A stretch of DNA of 64,000 nucleotides from Promethearchaeota archaeon (lineage in GTDB: Archaea > Asgardarchaeota > Lokiarchaeia > Sigyniarchaeales > SOKP01), in NCBI GenBank assembly GCA_019894975.1, contig JAGXNO010000001.1:64001-128000 (forward strand). The letters are read 5' to 3'. The translations under genes and the position numbers were made by a program. The notes beneath the pieces were generated by a model. The model had not been told where the DNA came from. It saw nothing but the letters and a program-made list of their open reading frames with translations, and did not search any database. Numbering within the stretch: position 1 is the first letter of the stretch; each line of letters begins with the position of its first letter. Shown piece after piece: positions 18,455 to 27,762 of this stretch.

Positions 18455-18841
18455 ATGGATCCTGATCATAAAAAAGAAATTTTGGATAAATTGATTAAAT
18501 GTGAAGATATAAATAATCCAGATCTTCATTTCAAACAATTGCGTGAATTAGGTAATCACTTAATTCAAAATCCTAGTTTTGATGACTTAATTAAATTTGT
18601 AAACGCTGTTGCAAATAGAAAACGCCTAATAATTATTAATACATTAAAAGAGAAGGATCGATGTGTCTGTGAATTAGAAGCTGTTTTAGACGAGTCCCAA
18701 CCGGCCATATCACATCATTTAAAAATACTTGAAAATGCTGGATTGATTAGAGGATGGAAAAAAGGTAAGTTTACACATTATGACATTGTTAAAGAACAAA
18801 TTATCTCATATATGGATATTTTAAATCAAAAATTAATATAA
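18455..18841 (+). CDS. arsR: ArsR family metalloregulator
   Basis: RCVCEL As(III)-binding box, SQPAISHHLKILENAGLI; divergent from acr3. Confidence 0.93.
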   Translation: MDPDHKKEILDKLIKCEDINNPDLHFKQLRELGNHLIQNPSFDDLIKFVNAVANRKRLIIINTLKEKDRCVCELEAVLDESQPAISHHLKILENAGLIRGWKKGKFTHYDIVKEQIISYMDILNQKLI

Positions 18842-18972
18842 ATAAGCCTTCCACTAAAATTAATAGTCTATAACTATTAAGTTTAAAAGCTAATCTAAGT
18901 ATTTTAATCGTAATCTAAAATTTAGATTTACTTGACATAATTTAATTTTAGTGAAGAAAATTTTTTGAAAAC

Positions 18973-19230
18973 GTGAAATTTATGGCAAAACCAGTACCAG
19001 ATACCGAAGAGTCAATGAATGAATGCAGAAAATTCTGTGGTCCTTGTCCTTCTTTCAAACCAAACCAACTCAATGAATTTGAACCTCATGCTCTATTCTG
19101 TTCAAGAGGAATATCACAAAAACCAAAAGACCAAATAGAAAACAAAGGATGCAGTTGTTTTGGATGTGGATTGTTCTCAAAGTATGAATTGGAAAAGGGA
19201 TTTTTCTGTGCACCTCATTTTCAACAATAA
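18973..19230 (+). CDS. DUF2769-like Cys-rich small protein
   Basis: C..FCGPCPSF...LFCSRG...GCSCFGC...FFC pattern. Confidence 0.75.
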   Translation: MKFMAKPVPDTEESMNECRKFCGPCPSFKPNQLNEFEPHALFCSRGISQKPKDQIENKGCSCFGCGLFSKYELEKGFFCAPHFQQ

Positions 19231-19332
19231 AAAATTACTACTTCATATAATCTCTTTTTTTTTAATTTTCCTATGAAATTTTTATTAAATATTACAGTGA
19301 ATATTTTAAATGTACAAGTATATCACAATATA

Positions 19333-19401
19333 ATGAGAATTAATTTTTCGAATAAGGTAAGAGTTCTTACCTCTTGTTGCTGTAGTACTTGTTGTTGTTA
19401 A
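19333..19401 (+). CDS. Poly-cysteine leader peptide MRINFSNKVRVLTSCCCSTCCC (22 aa, not in ORF track)
   Basis: ATG 19333 to TAA 19401; 6 of the last 8 codons are Cys; about 110 nt upstream of cysteine synthase; TTTTAAAT box at 19304-19311. Confidence 0.8.
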   Translation: MRINFSNKVRVLTSCCCSTCCC

Positions 19402-19500
19402 ACAACAGTTTCATTAATTCTCAAATAACCATCAGAAATCTTTCTTTTATAAAACTCTCGTTGGTTAAAATTGTAGAATTTTAATTGTGAAATCTAAAAT

Positions 19501-20502
19501 TTGGGTGATAGAATGAAGTCATTATCGTATAGTAGGGAAAAAGGAAAAATTGAATTTAATAATAAATTAAGAGTGTATGAAAGTATTGAAGATTTAATTT
19601 CAAATAGAGAAAATCCTTCACCATTGGTTAAACTAAATGAAAGAATTAATCCAAATAAGAATTTTCCGATTTATATGAAATTAGAGCGCTACAATCCTTT
19701 TGGATCAATAAAAGATAGAGTTGCTTATTCAATGCTTAAAGATGTAGTATTTAAGGAGGGGCAACGGATCATAGAACCGTCATCTGGGAATACTGGAATC
19801 GCTTTAGCATCATTAGCAAATGCGAGGGGTATTCCTATTGAAATAGCTGTACCGAGTAGAATTCCCGAAGAAAAAAAGATACTTTTAAAATTACTCGGTG
19901 TGAAAGAATTATGGGAAGCTGATGATAATCTATGTCCTAAGTTTCCTAATGAAGGGGCGAGAGGTGTTGTAAATGGAATATTGGAGAGTAAGGGTGGAGA
20001 ACGGTATTTTAATCCAGATCAATATGGAAATGACTTGAATGTAGAGGCTCATTATAGAACCACAGGTCCAGAAATTTGGGATCAAACTAATGGGGAAATT
20101 GATTATTTTTTTGCAGCTATGGGTACATGTGGCACTATTACAGGAGTTGGAAAATTCTTAAAAGAAAATAAACCCTCGGTTAAAATAATAGGAGTAGAAC
20201 CTTCAGAAACATTACATAATATACCAGGCTTGAAAAGAATAACTGACCTTGATGAAGATTTGATTCCAAAAATCTTAGATAAAACTGTAATTGATGAAAT
20301 TATTGAAGTAAACGATAAAGAAGCTTATAGAACCGGTATTGACTTAGCAAGAAAAAATGGCATATTAGTTGGGCCTTCTACCGGTGCAATTTTAGCCGCT
20401 GCTTTAAAGTATGCAAAATCACATGAAGGGATAGCAGTTATTATTGCCCCCGATGATGCTACTAAATATATTAGTTCATATGCGCCCTATATTAAAGAAT
20501 AG
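19501..20502 (+). CDS. cysK: PLP-dependent cysteine synthase family protein (CysK/CysM-like)
   Basis: NPFGSIKDR (PLP lysine), EPSSGNTG, TTGPEIW, MGTCGT, GPSTGA; probable start ATG 19513 after GGGTGA. Confidence 0.88.
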   Translation: MGDRMKSLSYSREKGKIEFNNKLRVYESIEDLISNRENPSPLVKLNERINPNKNFPIYMKLERYNPFGSIKDRVAYSMLKDVVFKEGQRIIEPSSGNTGIALASLANARGIPIEIAVPSRIPEEKKILLKLLGVKELWEADDNLCPKFPNEGARGVVNGILESKGGERYFNPDQYGNDLNVEAHYRTTGPEIWDQTNGEIDYFFAAMGTCGTITGVGKFLKENKPSVKIIGVEPSETLHNIPGLKRITDLDEDLIPKILDKTVIDEIIEVNDKEAYRTGIDLARKNGILVGPSTGAILAAALKYAKSHEGIAVIIAPDDATKYISSYAPYIKE

Positions 20503-20766
20503 TTTTCTAATAAAATTTCATTGTAAATTAGAAAATACCTTTTCTCTAAGATTTTTATTTAAAATTGATAGATAATAGCTTAAAAAGGAGATATATAGAG
20601 GAAAGCAAAATAAGTAATATTTTTTAGAGTTTAAGAAATAAAACCCTATTTTATAAATTTTGTGGTCTTTGTCGGATATCTGTTTACCCTCTAATATAAT
20701 CAACGCTAAATATATATGTATAAAAGGTCTTTAAAATAGTGTTCAAAAAATCAATAGTAAGTTAGG

Positions 20767-22038
20767 TTGAAATTTCGCATGAAAGATTTAAACGATATCC
20801 CGGAGTTTTCAAACTATTTCCGAGTGATTTCACCATCAGATGTAGAGGTTAACAAAGGTGATATATTTTATCGAGATAAATATAATGATATAATTAATTA
20901 CATTAAAGCTATGTCCACCTTCAATAGTGATAATCCCTTAAATGAGTATATTTCGCCTAAAGGAACTATTTTAATTAATGTTAATCCCGGAACTGATATA
21001 TCTGAGTTTCTAAAATTAATATCGATGAATTATTCTTTAGATTTAATTGAATTTAATGATACTGAAATTAAAAAAACCCCAGATAAGTTTTTAAAAAGTT
21101 TTCTTCAAATTTTAAAATCAATTAGAGATGCTGTTGCTGTAGAAGCAGAAGAAAAATCTGAAGAAGATACTAATAATAACTTAGATGATTCTGACACTCC
21201 CCTTGAGAAGAAATTGTTAATAATTAATCAACACTCAATTTTTAGGACGATATTAAGTGAGAATAATTTACTTGAAGTTTTTGTTACCTCAGAAAAGGAG
21301 GTTTATTCCAATTTTCTTCACTCTAATATAATTTTAATATGGATTAATTATGATCTCCGAGATGTAATAGAAATCTCTTCGAAAGTCTATGAAGTTTTTG
21401 ATATCTTTATTAAAATCAGCTTATTGAATAAAATTGAAAGAGAGACGATACTTAGAGATTTTTTAGAGAAGAACTCTAAAATAGTATTTGATGTGGATGC
21501 ATTAGTAAATTATACAGATAATTGGGAAGTTAAAGACATAAAACAATTGTTAAAGGTTGGAATTTTTAAGCACTTTCTAAATTCAGAATTAAATGAGACT
21601 AGTAATGAAATAACACACATTTTACTCGATCTAATTGAAACAGGAGAATTTTTACCTTCTATTAATTCTAAGAATTCAAACGATACCCAAAATGGTGAAG
21701 AAGGTGAAGAAAGTAAACATATCCAATATATAACTAAAATTGAAGAGGAGAATTCTAGAAAAGCTAACAATATAGATGACTATATAAATTCTATACGAGA
21801 TTCACGTCCATCAGAATTCATGATAAATCAATTATATGAAAATGCTGCCTTTTCAAATTACAATGAACTATTACTCATAATTGATAAAATTGATAAGAAG
21901 GAACCGTTAGAAGAAAACGACCGGAAAATATTAGCAGAGTATCCTTTTATTTTAACTGAGACGCCTAAAAGGGCTCAAATTAAATTGGAAAAGGCTAAAA
22001 AGAGAGTTGATCGTATAAGGCAAGCTTTTGGTAAATAA
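20767..22038 (+). CDS. Catalytically degenerate AAA+ domain protein
   Basis: SPKGTILINVNPGTD (degenerate PKGxLLxGPPGTGK); FDIFIKI...ERETIL...DVDALVNYTDNWEVKDIKQL AAA lid; no Walker A Lys or Walker B DE. Confidence 0.65.
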   Translation: MKFRMKDLNDIPEFSNYFRVISPSDVEVNKGDIFYRDKYNDIINYIKAMSTFNSDNPLNEYISPKGTILINVNPGTDISEFLKLISMNYSLDLIEFNDTEIKKTPDKFLKSFLQILKSIRDAVAVEAEEKSEEDTNNNLDDSDTPLEKKLLIINQHSIFRTILSENNLLEVFVTSEKEVYSNFLHSNIILIWINYDLRDVIEISSKVYEVFDIFIKISLLNKIERETILRDFLEKNSKIVFDVDALVNYTDNWEVKDIKQLLKVGIFKHFLNSELNETSNEITHILLDLIETGEFLPSINSKNSNDTQNGEEGEESKHIQYITKIEEENSRKANNIDDYINSIRDSRPSEFMINQLYENAAFSNYNELLLIIDKIDKKEPLEENDRKILAEYPFILTETPKRAQIKLEKAKKRVDRIRQAFGK

Positions 22039-22061
22039 ATGATAATAAGATGATATAAAAA

Positions 22062-25000
22062 GTGGCTTCCCAAATCCAACTAAAGAATAAAGAAACTGTA
22101 GGTCAAAAAAATAGGAAAGTATTTGTTAAGAAAGTCATTTTAGAGAATTTCTTATCATTCCAAAAAGATGAAGTTGATTTTGGGGAAGCTAAGTTTGTCA
22201 TTATTGTAGGTCCAAATTGGAGTGGAAAAACATCGATTTTTCAAGCTATTAAATTTGCTTTAGGAAGTAATGAAAGAGACGATCGTTATACTAAATGGTC
22301 TAACTTTATAAGAAATGGTCAAAATCATGCCATGGTTGAAATTCATATTCAAAAAGAGGAGGACTTAATACAGCTTCGGAGATATGTTGTGAGAGGGCAA
22401 TCCCCATATTTTCAAATAAAAGAGAAGAATGAAAAAGAATTTCATAAAGTTCAGGCTCACGATATTCAGAATATAATTAGTGAAATAAATATCAATCCCG
22501 ATAATCAATTTGCTTTTGTAAGTCAAGGAAAGATTGATGCTATTAAAAACTTAAAACCTTCAGATTTATGTTCTTTCCTTGAAGATGGTATTGGCTTAAA
22601 ACCCCTTCGAGATGAGATTTTCCTCCAAAAAAGAAATGTATTTACTTTAGATAATGATCTCAAATCGATGAAGGCTAGAAAAAACACTTTGAACTTTTCA
22701 TTGGAACTTTTAACACCAAAATTGAATCGTTTGGAACAGAAAAACAAGTTGTTGATTGTTAGAGAAAAATATAATGATGAGCTGTTATGGGCAAATAAAG
22801 ATAAACTGGAAAAGGAAATAAAAAAAATTGAAGAAGTTATTGATAACCTCAAATTAGTCATAGATGGGATTAAAAAACGAAAGGAAAAACATGATGCCGA
22901 AATCAAGGAATTAATTAGCAAAATTTCTGTTGAGGAAGAGAATATAATTGAACTAACTAAAACAATCGGTGAACTCTCTTTTGAGAAAACTGATTTAATA
23001 GGGAAAATTCAAAACTGGCAAAAAGAAAAGATAAAGGCGAAGCAAGAATTAGATCATCTTTCCAATAAAGTAAGAGAAATTGAAAAAATTATTACTAATT
23101 ATACAAAACAAGCAGAAAGTCTAGAAAATGAATTAAAAATTGTTAAAATTGAGAAAAAAAAAATAGATACAAAAATTGAGGGTTTAATAAAAGAACAGGA
23201 GCAGTTAGTTAAGAAAATCAAGCAAAATAAAATGGTATTAGCAGAATATAATAAAATTAATGAGGATAAAAAAATAAAGAAATCAAAAATTCAAGACAAT
23301 CAAAAGTTAATATTTTCTATTAACGATGAAATCAACCAATTATTTCAAAGTTTTAAGGATATAGAACATAAGTTAGAAAGCAATAAATGGTTTCTAGATA
23401 ATCCCTCAAAAAGCTTACTACAGGAACTTGAAAAAGATCTAAGAAGCGTTTCTTTAAAAATTTATGATATTGAGGCTGAAATAAAAAAATTAGAATTTGA
23501 AAAGTCAAAAAGAATAAAGAAATTACAAATGTTACAGACTTCCTTAAGAGAACGGCGAGTTATCCTTCCTTCAAATATATCTATTCTTAAGGAAGAAATT
23601 GATAGAAGAGATTTGAAAGTTAAAGGACCCTTGATTGAATATTTGAAATACGATGATGAGTTAAGCTACGCGATTGAGTCTGTATTAGGTGAGAAATTGT
23701 TATATAGTTTTGTAGCAGAGGATTGGGATACACTAACTCTATTAAAAAGATTAAAACAGAAATATAATGCCTACTGTAATATATATCTTCCAAAAAAAAG
23801 AGATATTGAACGATTACTGCCAATTTCTGCAGATGGCATTCTAGGTTATCTAGCTCAACTAGTTAAGGTTGTTGGCGACGATAAAGATATTAAAAAAGTA
23901 ATTTACTCCAAGGTAAAAAACTGCTTAGTGGTAAAAGATTACCATTCAGGAAGAGAAATTTATAATAAAATTGGTTTCAAGGGCAAATGTGTTACCTTAG
24001 CAGGAGAACAAATTATATCATATAAATATGTGTATGAAACACCTTATGTGAAAAAACTAAAGGGATTGCTAAGCGCAGCAACACAAAAGGAGCAGTCTAG
24101 TTTATTAGAATCAGAAATCAAGTCAATAAATGAATCGATTTCTCAATTAAGGATTGAACAGTCTAAATTGGATAACATTCAAAAAGAAAATTTCAAAAAG
24201 AAAGAAACTTTCAATGATCTTTTATATAATTTCAACCAAAAACAGCGGATCACGACTAAAAAGAATCAATTATATGAACAAATGCACGGTTTGGAGAAAC
24301 TAAATTCAGAATTTGAAGGAGATCTAAAAGAATTAGATTTGAAAATCAATGAGTTGAAATCTCAAACTGATCCTGATTTTTTTAAATGGTCTGACAGAAT
24401 TAACGAGATTCCAAGTGAATTAACTTCTTTTAATGAGGAAAAGAAAAAATGGGATCTAAAATTAGATGAAAATTCAGGGATACTAAAGGAAGTAAAAGAG
24501 GAATTAACTAATCAAAAAATTGAAATAAAGGTTCAAAAATTAGAATATGAAAAAAAGAAAGAAAATTTTCAAAAAGCAGATAAAACTGCTTTTGAAATTT
24601 ATCGACGATTAGAAAATGTTGAAGATAAACTTGAGAAAATTGAGAAAGAAATTACTGACTTGAAAGAATCTAAACTACAATATCAAAATAGGAAGAATGA
24701 AATTGATAAAAAAAGTATAGAAATAACTCTGAATTTGGAACATGAAAATGTCAAATTAAACACATTTAATCAAGAATTTGAACTGAAAAAAAGCGATTTT
24801 GAACGGATTAATTCTGAAATAAGTCCCTTAGTTTCTGAACAGCTTATGGTAATTCGTCCAATAGAAGATATAAATGAGGACTTGTCAAAAATCAACAAAC
24901 AATTACTCCAATATCTCGATGTTGATGATTCGCTTTTAGTTGAAAAAGATCAAATAATAGCCTCCCTAAAGGAAATTAATAGAAGGCAAAAAGATTTAGA

Positions 25001-25523
25001 ATACGATATAAAAGCAGCAATTAAAACTGAGGGTAAGCTAGAAAAAACGTATTATGACAAATTTAGTGTAGTACTTGATGAGATTCAATCCAAAGTAAAC
25101 AAAAAGTTTGAAGATTCTCAAATCAAGTCATTTTGCTCTCTTGCTCTAAAAGGAAAATTTGAAGATCTAGGGATTGATATAAGAGCAGCAACTTCTAAGG
25201 AACAGTTAAAATCATTCACTGCACTTAGTGGAGGACAAGTATCTCTTATCTCAATATGTCTGATTTTGTCCTTACAAGAGATTAAACCTTCTCCATTGTG
25301 TATGCTTGATGAAGCAGGTATGTTTCTCGATGAGAAAAATTCAGAAATAGCTTATCAATTGATAAAATCAACATTGGAACAGAATCCAATCCAGTTGTTA
25401 ATGTTCCTACCAAAAACTTCATCTTCATTATTTTTGCTTGCTGAGAAAATAATTGGAATTGCTCGAGTTGGCAAAAATGAAATCTCTTCGGTATTTAAAC
25501 CTAAAATAATAAAGAAAAAATAA
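22062..25523 (+). CDS. smc: SMC5/6-like SMC ATPase
   Basis: Walker A GPNWSGKT, Q-loop INPDNQFAFVSQ, coiled coils, hinge GPLIEYL...AIESVLG..LYSFV, LSGGQ, LDEAGMFLD. Confidence 0.9.
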   Translation: MASQIQLKNKETVGQKNRKVFVKKVILENFLSFQKDEVDFGEAKFVIIVGPNWSGKTSIFQAIKFALGSNERDDRYTKWSNFIRNGQNHAMVEIHIQKEEDLIQLRRYVVRGQSPYFQIKEKNEKEFHKVQAHDIQNIISEININPDNQFAFVSQGKIDAIKNLKPSDLCSFLEDGIGLKPLRDEIFLQKRNVFTLDNDLKSMKARKNTLNFSLELLTPKLNRLEQKNKLLIVREKYNDELLWANKDKLEKEIKKIEEVIDNLKLVIDGIKKRKEKHDAEIKELISKISVEEENIIELTKTIGELSFEKTDLIGKIQNWQKEKIKAKQELDHLSNKVREIEKIITNYTKQAESLENELKIVKIEKKKIDTKIEGLIKEQEQLVKKIKQNKMVLAEYNKINEDKKIKKSKIQDNQKLIFSINDEINQLFQSFKDIEHKLESNKWFLDNPSKSLLQELEKDLRSVSLKIYDIEAEIKKLEFEKSKRIKKLQMLQTSLRERRVILPSNISILKEEIDRRDLKVKGPLIEYLKYDDELSYAIESVLGEKLLYSFVAEDWDTLTLLKRLKQKYNAYCNIYLPKKRDIERLLPISADGILGYLAQLVKVVGDDKDIKKVIYSKVKNCLVVKDYHSGREIYNKIGFKGKCVTLAGEQIISYKYVYETPYVKKLKGLLSAATQKEQSSLLESEIKSINESISQLRIEQSKLDNIQKENFKKKETFNDLLYNFNQKQRITTKKNQLYEQMHGLEKLNSEFEGDLKELDLKINELKSQTDPDFFKWSDRINEIPSELTSFNEEKKKWDLKLDENSGILKEVKEELTNQKIEIKVQKLEYEKKKENFQKADKTAFEIYRRLENVEDKLEKIEKEITDLKESKLQYQNRKNEIDKKSIEITLNLEHENVKLNTFNQEFELKKSDFERINSEISPLVSEQLMVIRPIEDINEDLSKINKQLLQYLDVDDSLLVEKDQIIASLKEINRRQKDLEYDIKAAIKTEGKLEKTYYDKFSVVLDEIQSKVNKKFEDSQIKSFCSLALKGKFEDLGIDIRAATSKEQLKSFTALSGGQVSLISICLILSLQEIKPSPLCMLDEAGMFLDEKNSEIAYQLIKSTLEQNPIQLLMFLPKTSSSLFLLAEKIIGIARVGKNEISSVFKPKIIKKK

Positions 25524-25527
25524 AATA

Positions 25528-26178
25528 ATGGAAGAATTTAAGGATTATTCTGAAGAAATTAACAGAAGGATAGAAGAAATTCAGACTAAAGTTCTTTCAG
25601 GGGAAATTATTCTATTAGATACCGAGCTAGTTCCTATTTTTGAAAATTTAAAAAACACGCTCAATACAGGTAATCTCAATAAATATTCCTCAGTATATAA
25701 GAATGCTTTCCAACTTCTAATTCAGAAATTTGAAGATCTAAAAGCTTTAATTAACAATATTGATAGAAAAGAAGGATTTTTAAAATTTCTAAGATCCAAT
25801 CCCGATGATTCAGAAATTAATGAATTATTAAGTGGATGTTGGTTAAAACCTTTCAATATTGAATCTCTTTCATTCAGTTTTCTTAATACAGCTAAAGAGA
25901 GATTAGATATTAAAAGAGGTTATCCGATAGCTATAGAACAAATTGAAAAAATAGAAGTGAAAGACACTTTTTTATTGGAAATTTCTGAACAAAAATTTTC
26001 TGAAAAAATGTCAGAGTTCTATAACCGTATTAAAAATCAACTTCCCTGTGGATTTGAAGATATTTTTGAATCCGAACAGGATCAAATAAAAATTTATGAA
26101 AATTTTGTATACTTACTCCATTTACTCCAATTAGGCAAAATAAAATATCAAAAAGAGACGGATTTTTTGTATATATAA
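25528..26178 (+). CDS. ScpA/kleisin-like protein
   Basis: C-terminal FEDIF...FVYLLHLLQLGKIKYQ resembles the kleisin C-terminal WH; starts 4 nt after smc. Confidence 0.65.
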   Translation: MEEFKDYSEEINRRIEEIQTKVLSGEIILLDTELVPIFENLKNTLNTGNLNKYSSVYKNAFQLLIQKFEDLKALINNIDRKEGFLKFLRSNPDDSEINELLSGCWLKPFNIESLSFSFLNTAKERLDIKRGYPIAIEQIEKIEVKDTFLLEISEQKFSEKMSEFYNRIKNQLPCGFEDIFESEQDQIKIYENFVYLLHLLQLGKIKYQKETDFLYI

Positions 26179-26194
26179 TGAGTTGGTATAAATC

Positions 26195-26722
26195 ATGAAT
26201 GAATTCACTATTTTAATGCATTTATTAAGTGATAAGACAAACAAATTTCAAATGGGTGCTTCTAAGGAAGAAATTCTAAATAAATTAAACCTAAGTGGTA
26301 AAAATGAATCAATCTTTTTTGAGAATTTGATTACTCAATTATCAAATTATATCGAACCTTTGGGACTTCAAATTCGATTTAACCCTATATCCTTGTGTTG
26401 GTATCTTGCATTTGAAATAGAAGCTTCTGATTTTATTTCTGCTAATCCATTTGCTAATAAACCAAAACTGGCTGCAACATTATTCTATACTCTAATTTGT
26501 TGCCTTGAAAGATCAGGTATCGCAAAAATTCAAAGAATAAAAGAATTAAGAAAGAAGAAACATATTGTTGAAGATTTAAAGGAATTAGAGAAGATGGGAT
26601 ATTTAGAACTTGATGAAAATTTGGGAATAGTAACACTTACACCCTTGATCGGATATAACTTAGATGTAAATAAACTTATCATAAAATTAGCTTTAAAATT
26701 AAAAAAAAGGGTAGAACAATAG
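26195..26722 (+). CDS. KITE-like tandem winged-helix protein (Nse1/ScpB-like)
   Basis: FENLITQLSNYIEPLGLQIR...WYL (WH-A) and LKELEKMGYL...VTLTP (WH-B); follows the kleisin-like gene. Confidence 0.62.
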   Translation: MNEFTILMHLLSDKTNKFQMGASKEEILNKLNLSGKNESIFFENLITQLSNYIEPLGLQIRFNPISLCWYLAFEIEASDFISANPFANKPKLAATLFYTLICCLERSGIAKIQRIKELRKKKHIVEDLKELEKMGYLELDENLGIVTLTPLIGYNLDVNKLIIKLALKLKKRVEQ

Positions 26723-26769
26723 TCAGCAGTTATGTTGTTATGAAAGAAAGAGGTTTTCAATGAAATCAA

Positions 26770-27660
26770 TTAAGAAATATGATGTTCTAAAAAGTTTCTT
26801 GTTATAAATTTAACTTGTTTGAGATTTTCTTCCGCTCCTGTGTAAAAAGCGTGTTGTGTGTTGGATAACAATTTTGTTTCAACTAAATTCGGAACTATCT
26901 GTTTTGCACGCTTGATGACGAATTTTCCTGGAAAAAGTATATCATTATCGGCAGCTATTAGCAACGTTGGAGCTTTAAAGTTCTTTAATTCTTCTTTTTT
27001 CATTGGTCGAGGCATGTGAGATGCAATTTTTAAATGACTAAACAGTAATATCGTCATTTTAAGCATTTCTTCATCAACATTGTGAACTAATGGTAAAAGC
27101 GTTTTTATGGCATTTTTTTTATTAGGAAATAATCGATAGCGAAGCAATGGAATTACTAATTTACGTATTATTTTTAAACCTGAACCGTTTACAAATCCAG
27201 AAGGAACAATGAATACTGCTGCCGAAATGCGCTCTGGAGCTAGCGTAACTAATTGTAGGAGAAAGCCTCCTCCAAACGATGGACCAATGATAATTGGTTG
27301 GTCGAGTCTAAGGCAATCTAAAATATCTATTGCCCATTCTCCATAATTATAATTCTTGGGAGAAAAGCGAACTTCAGCGCTTTTCCCAGGATGACCTATT
27401 GTATCAGGCGCGTAAATTCTATATTTGTCCGCCAGCGATATAAAATTTTTTAAATCAAAAGGATTAAGAGAATTTCCTCCGTGAAAAAGGATCATGGGAT
27501 AACCATCCTTCGGTCCAGCGGTTATAACATGAGTTGAGCCAAATCTCGTCTCAATAGTTGCATCTTCGTAATCAAAGCCCAATTGACTTAAGAGATCATC
27601 GTAAAAAGCCAAGATTTTTGTTTTTCCTTCTGGACTTCTGTAAATGGTTTCTTCTTTCAT
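26770..27660 (-). CDS. Alpha/beta hydrolase
   Basis: FHGG, DTIGHPGKS, GPSFGG nucleophile elbow, Asp and His near the C-terminus. Confidence 0.92.
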   Translation of the reverse strand: MKEETIYRSPEGKTKILAFYDDLLSQLGFDYEDATIETRFGSTHVITAGPKDGYPMILFHGGNSLNPFDLKNFISLADKYRIYAPDTIGHPGKSAEVRFSPKNYNYGEWAIDILDCLRLDQPIIIGPSFGGGFLLQLVTLAPERISAAVFIVPSGFVNGSGLKIIRKLVIPLLRYRLFPNKKNAIKTLLPLVHNVDEEMLKMTILLFSHLKIASHMPRPMKKEELKNFKAPTLLIAADNDILFPGKFVIKRAKQIVPNLVETKLLSNTQHAFYTGAEENLKQVKFITRNFLEHHIS

Positions 27661-27762
27661 TTTTTTATTATAACAGCTATTTTTTAATTATTGTGATAAG
27701 TTATAAATTATTTAGATAGATTTCAAAATAAATTCGAAAATATAAAAGAATTAGATAAAAAA

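Noticed and set aside
20767-26722. Wadjet/MksBEFG anti-plasmid system
   Set aside because: No JetD/Toprim nuclease, a different gene order, and SMC motifs that resemble SMC5/6 rather than MukB/JetC
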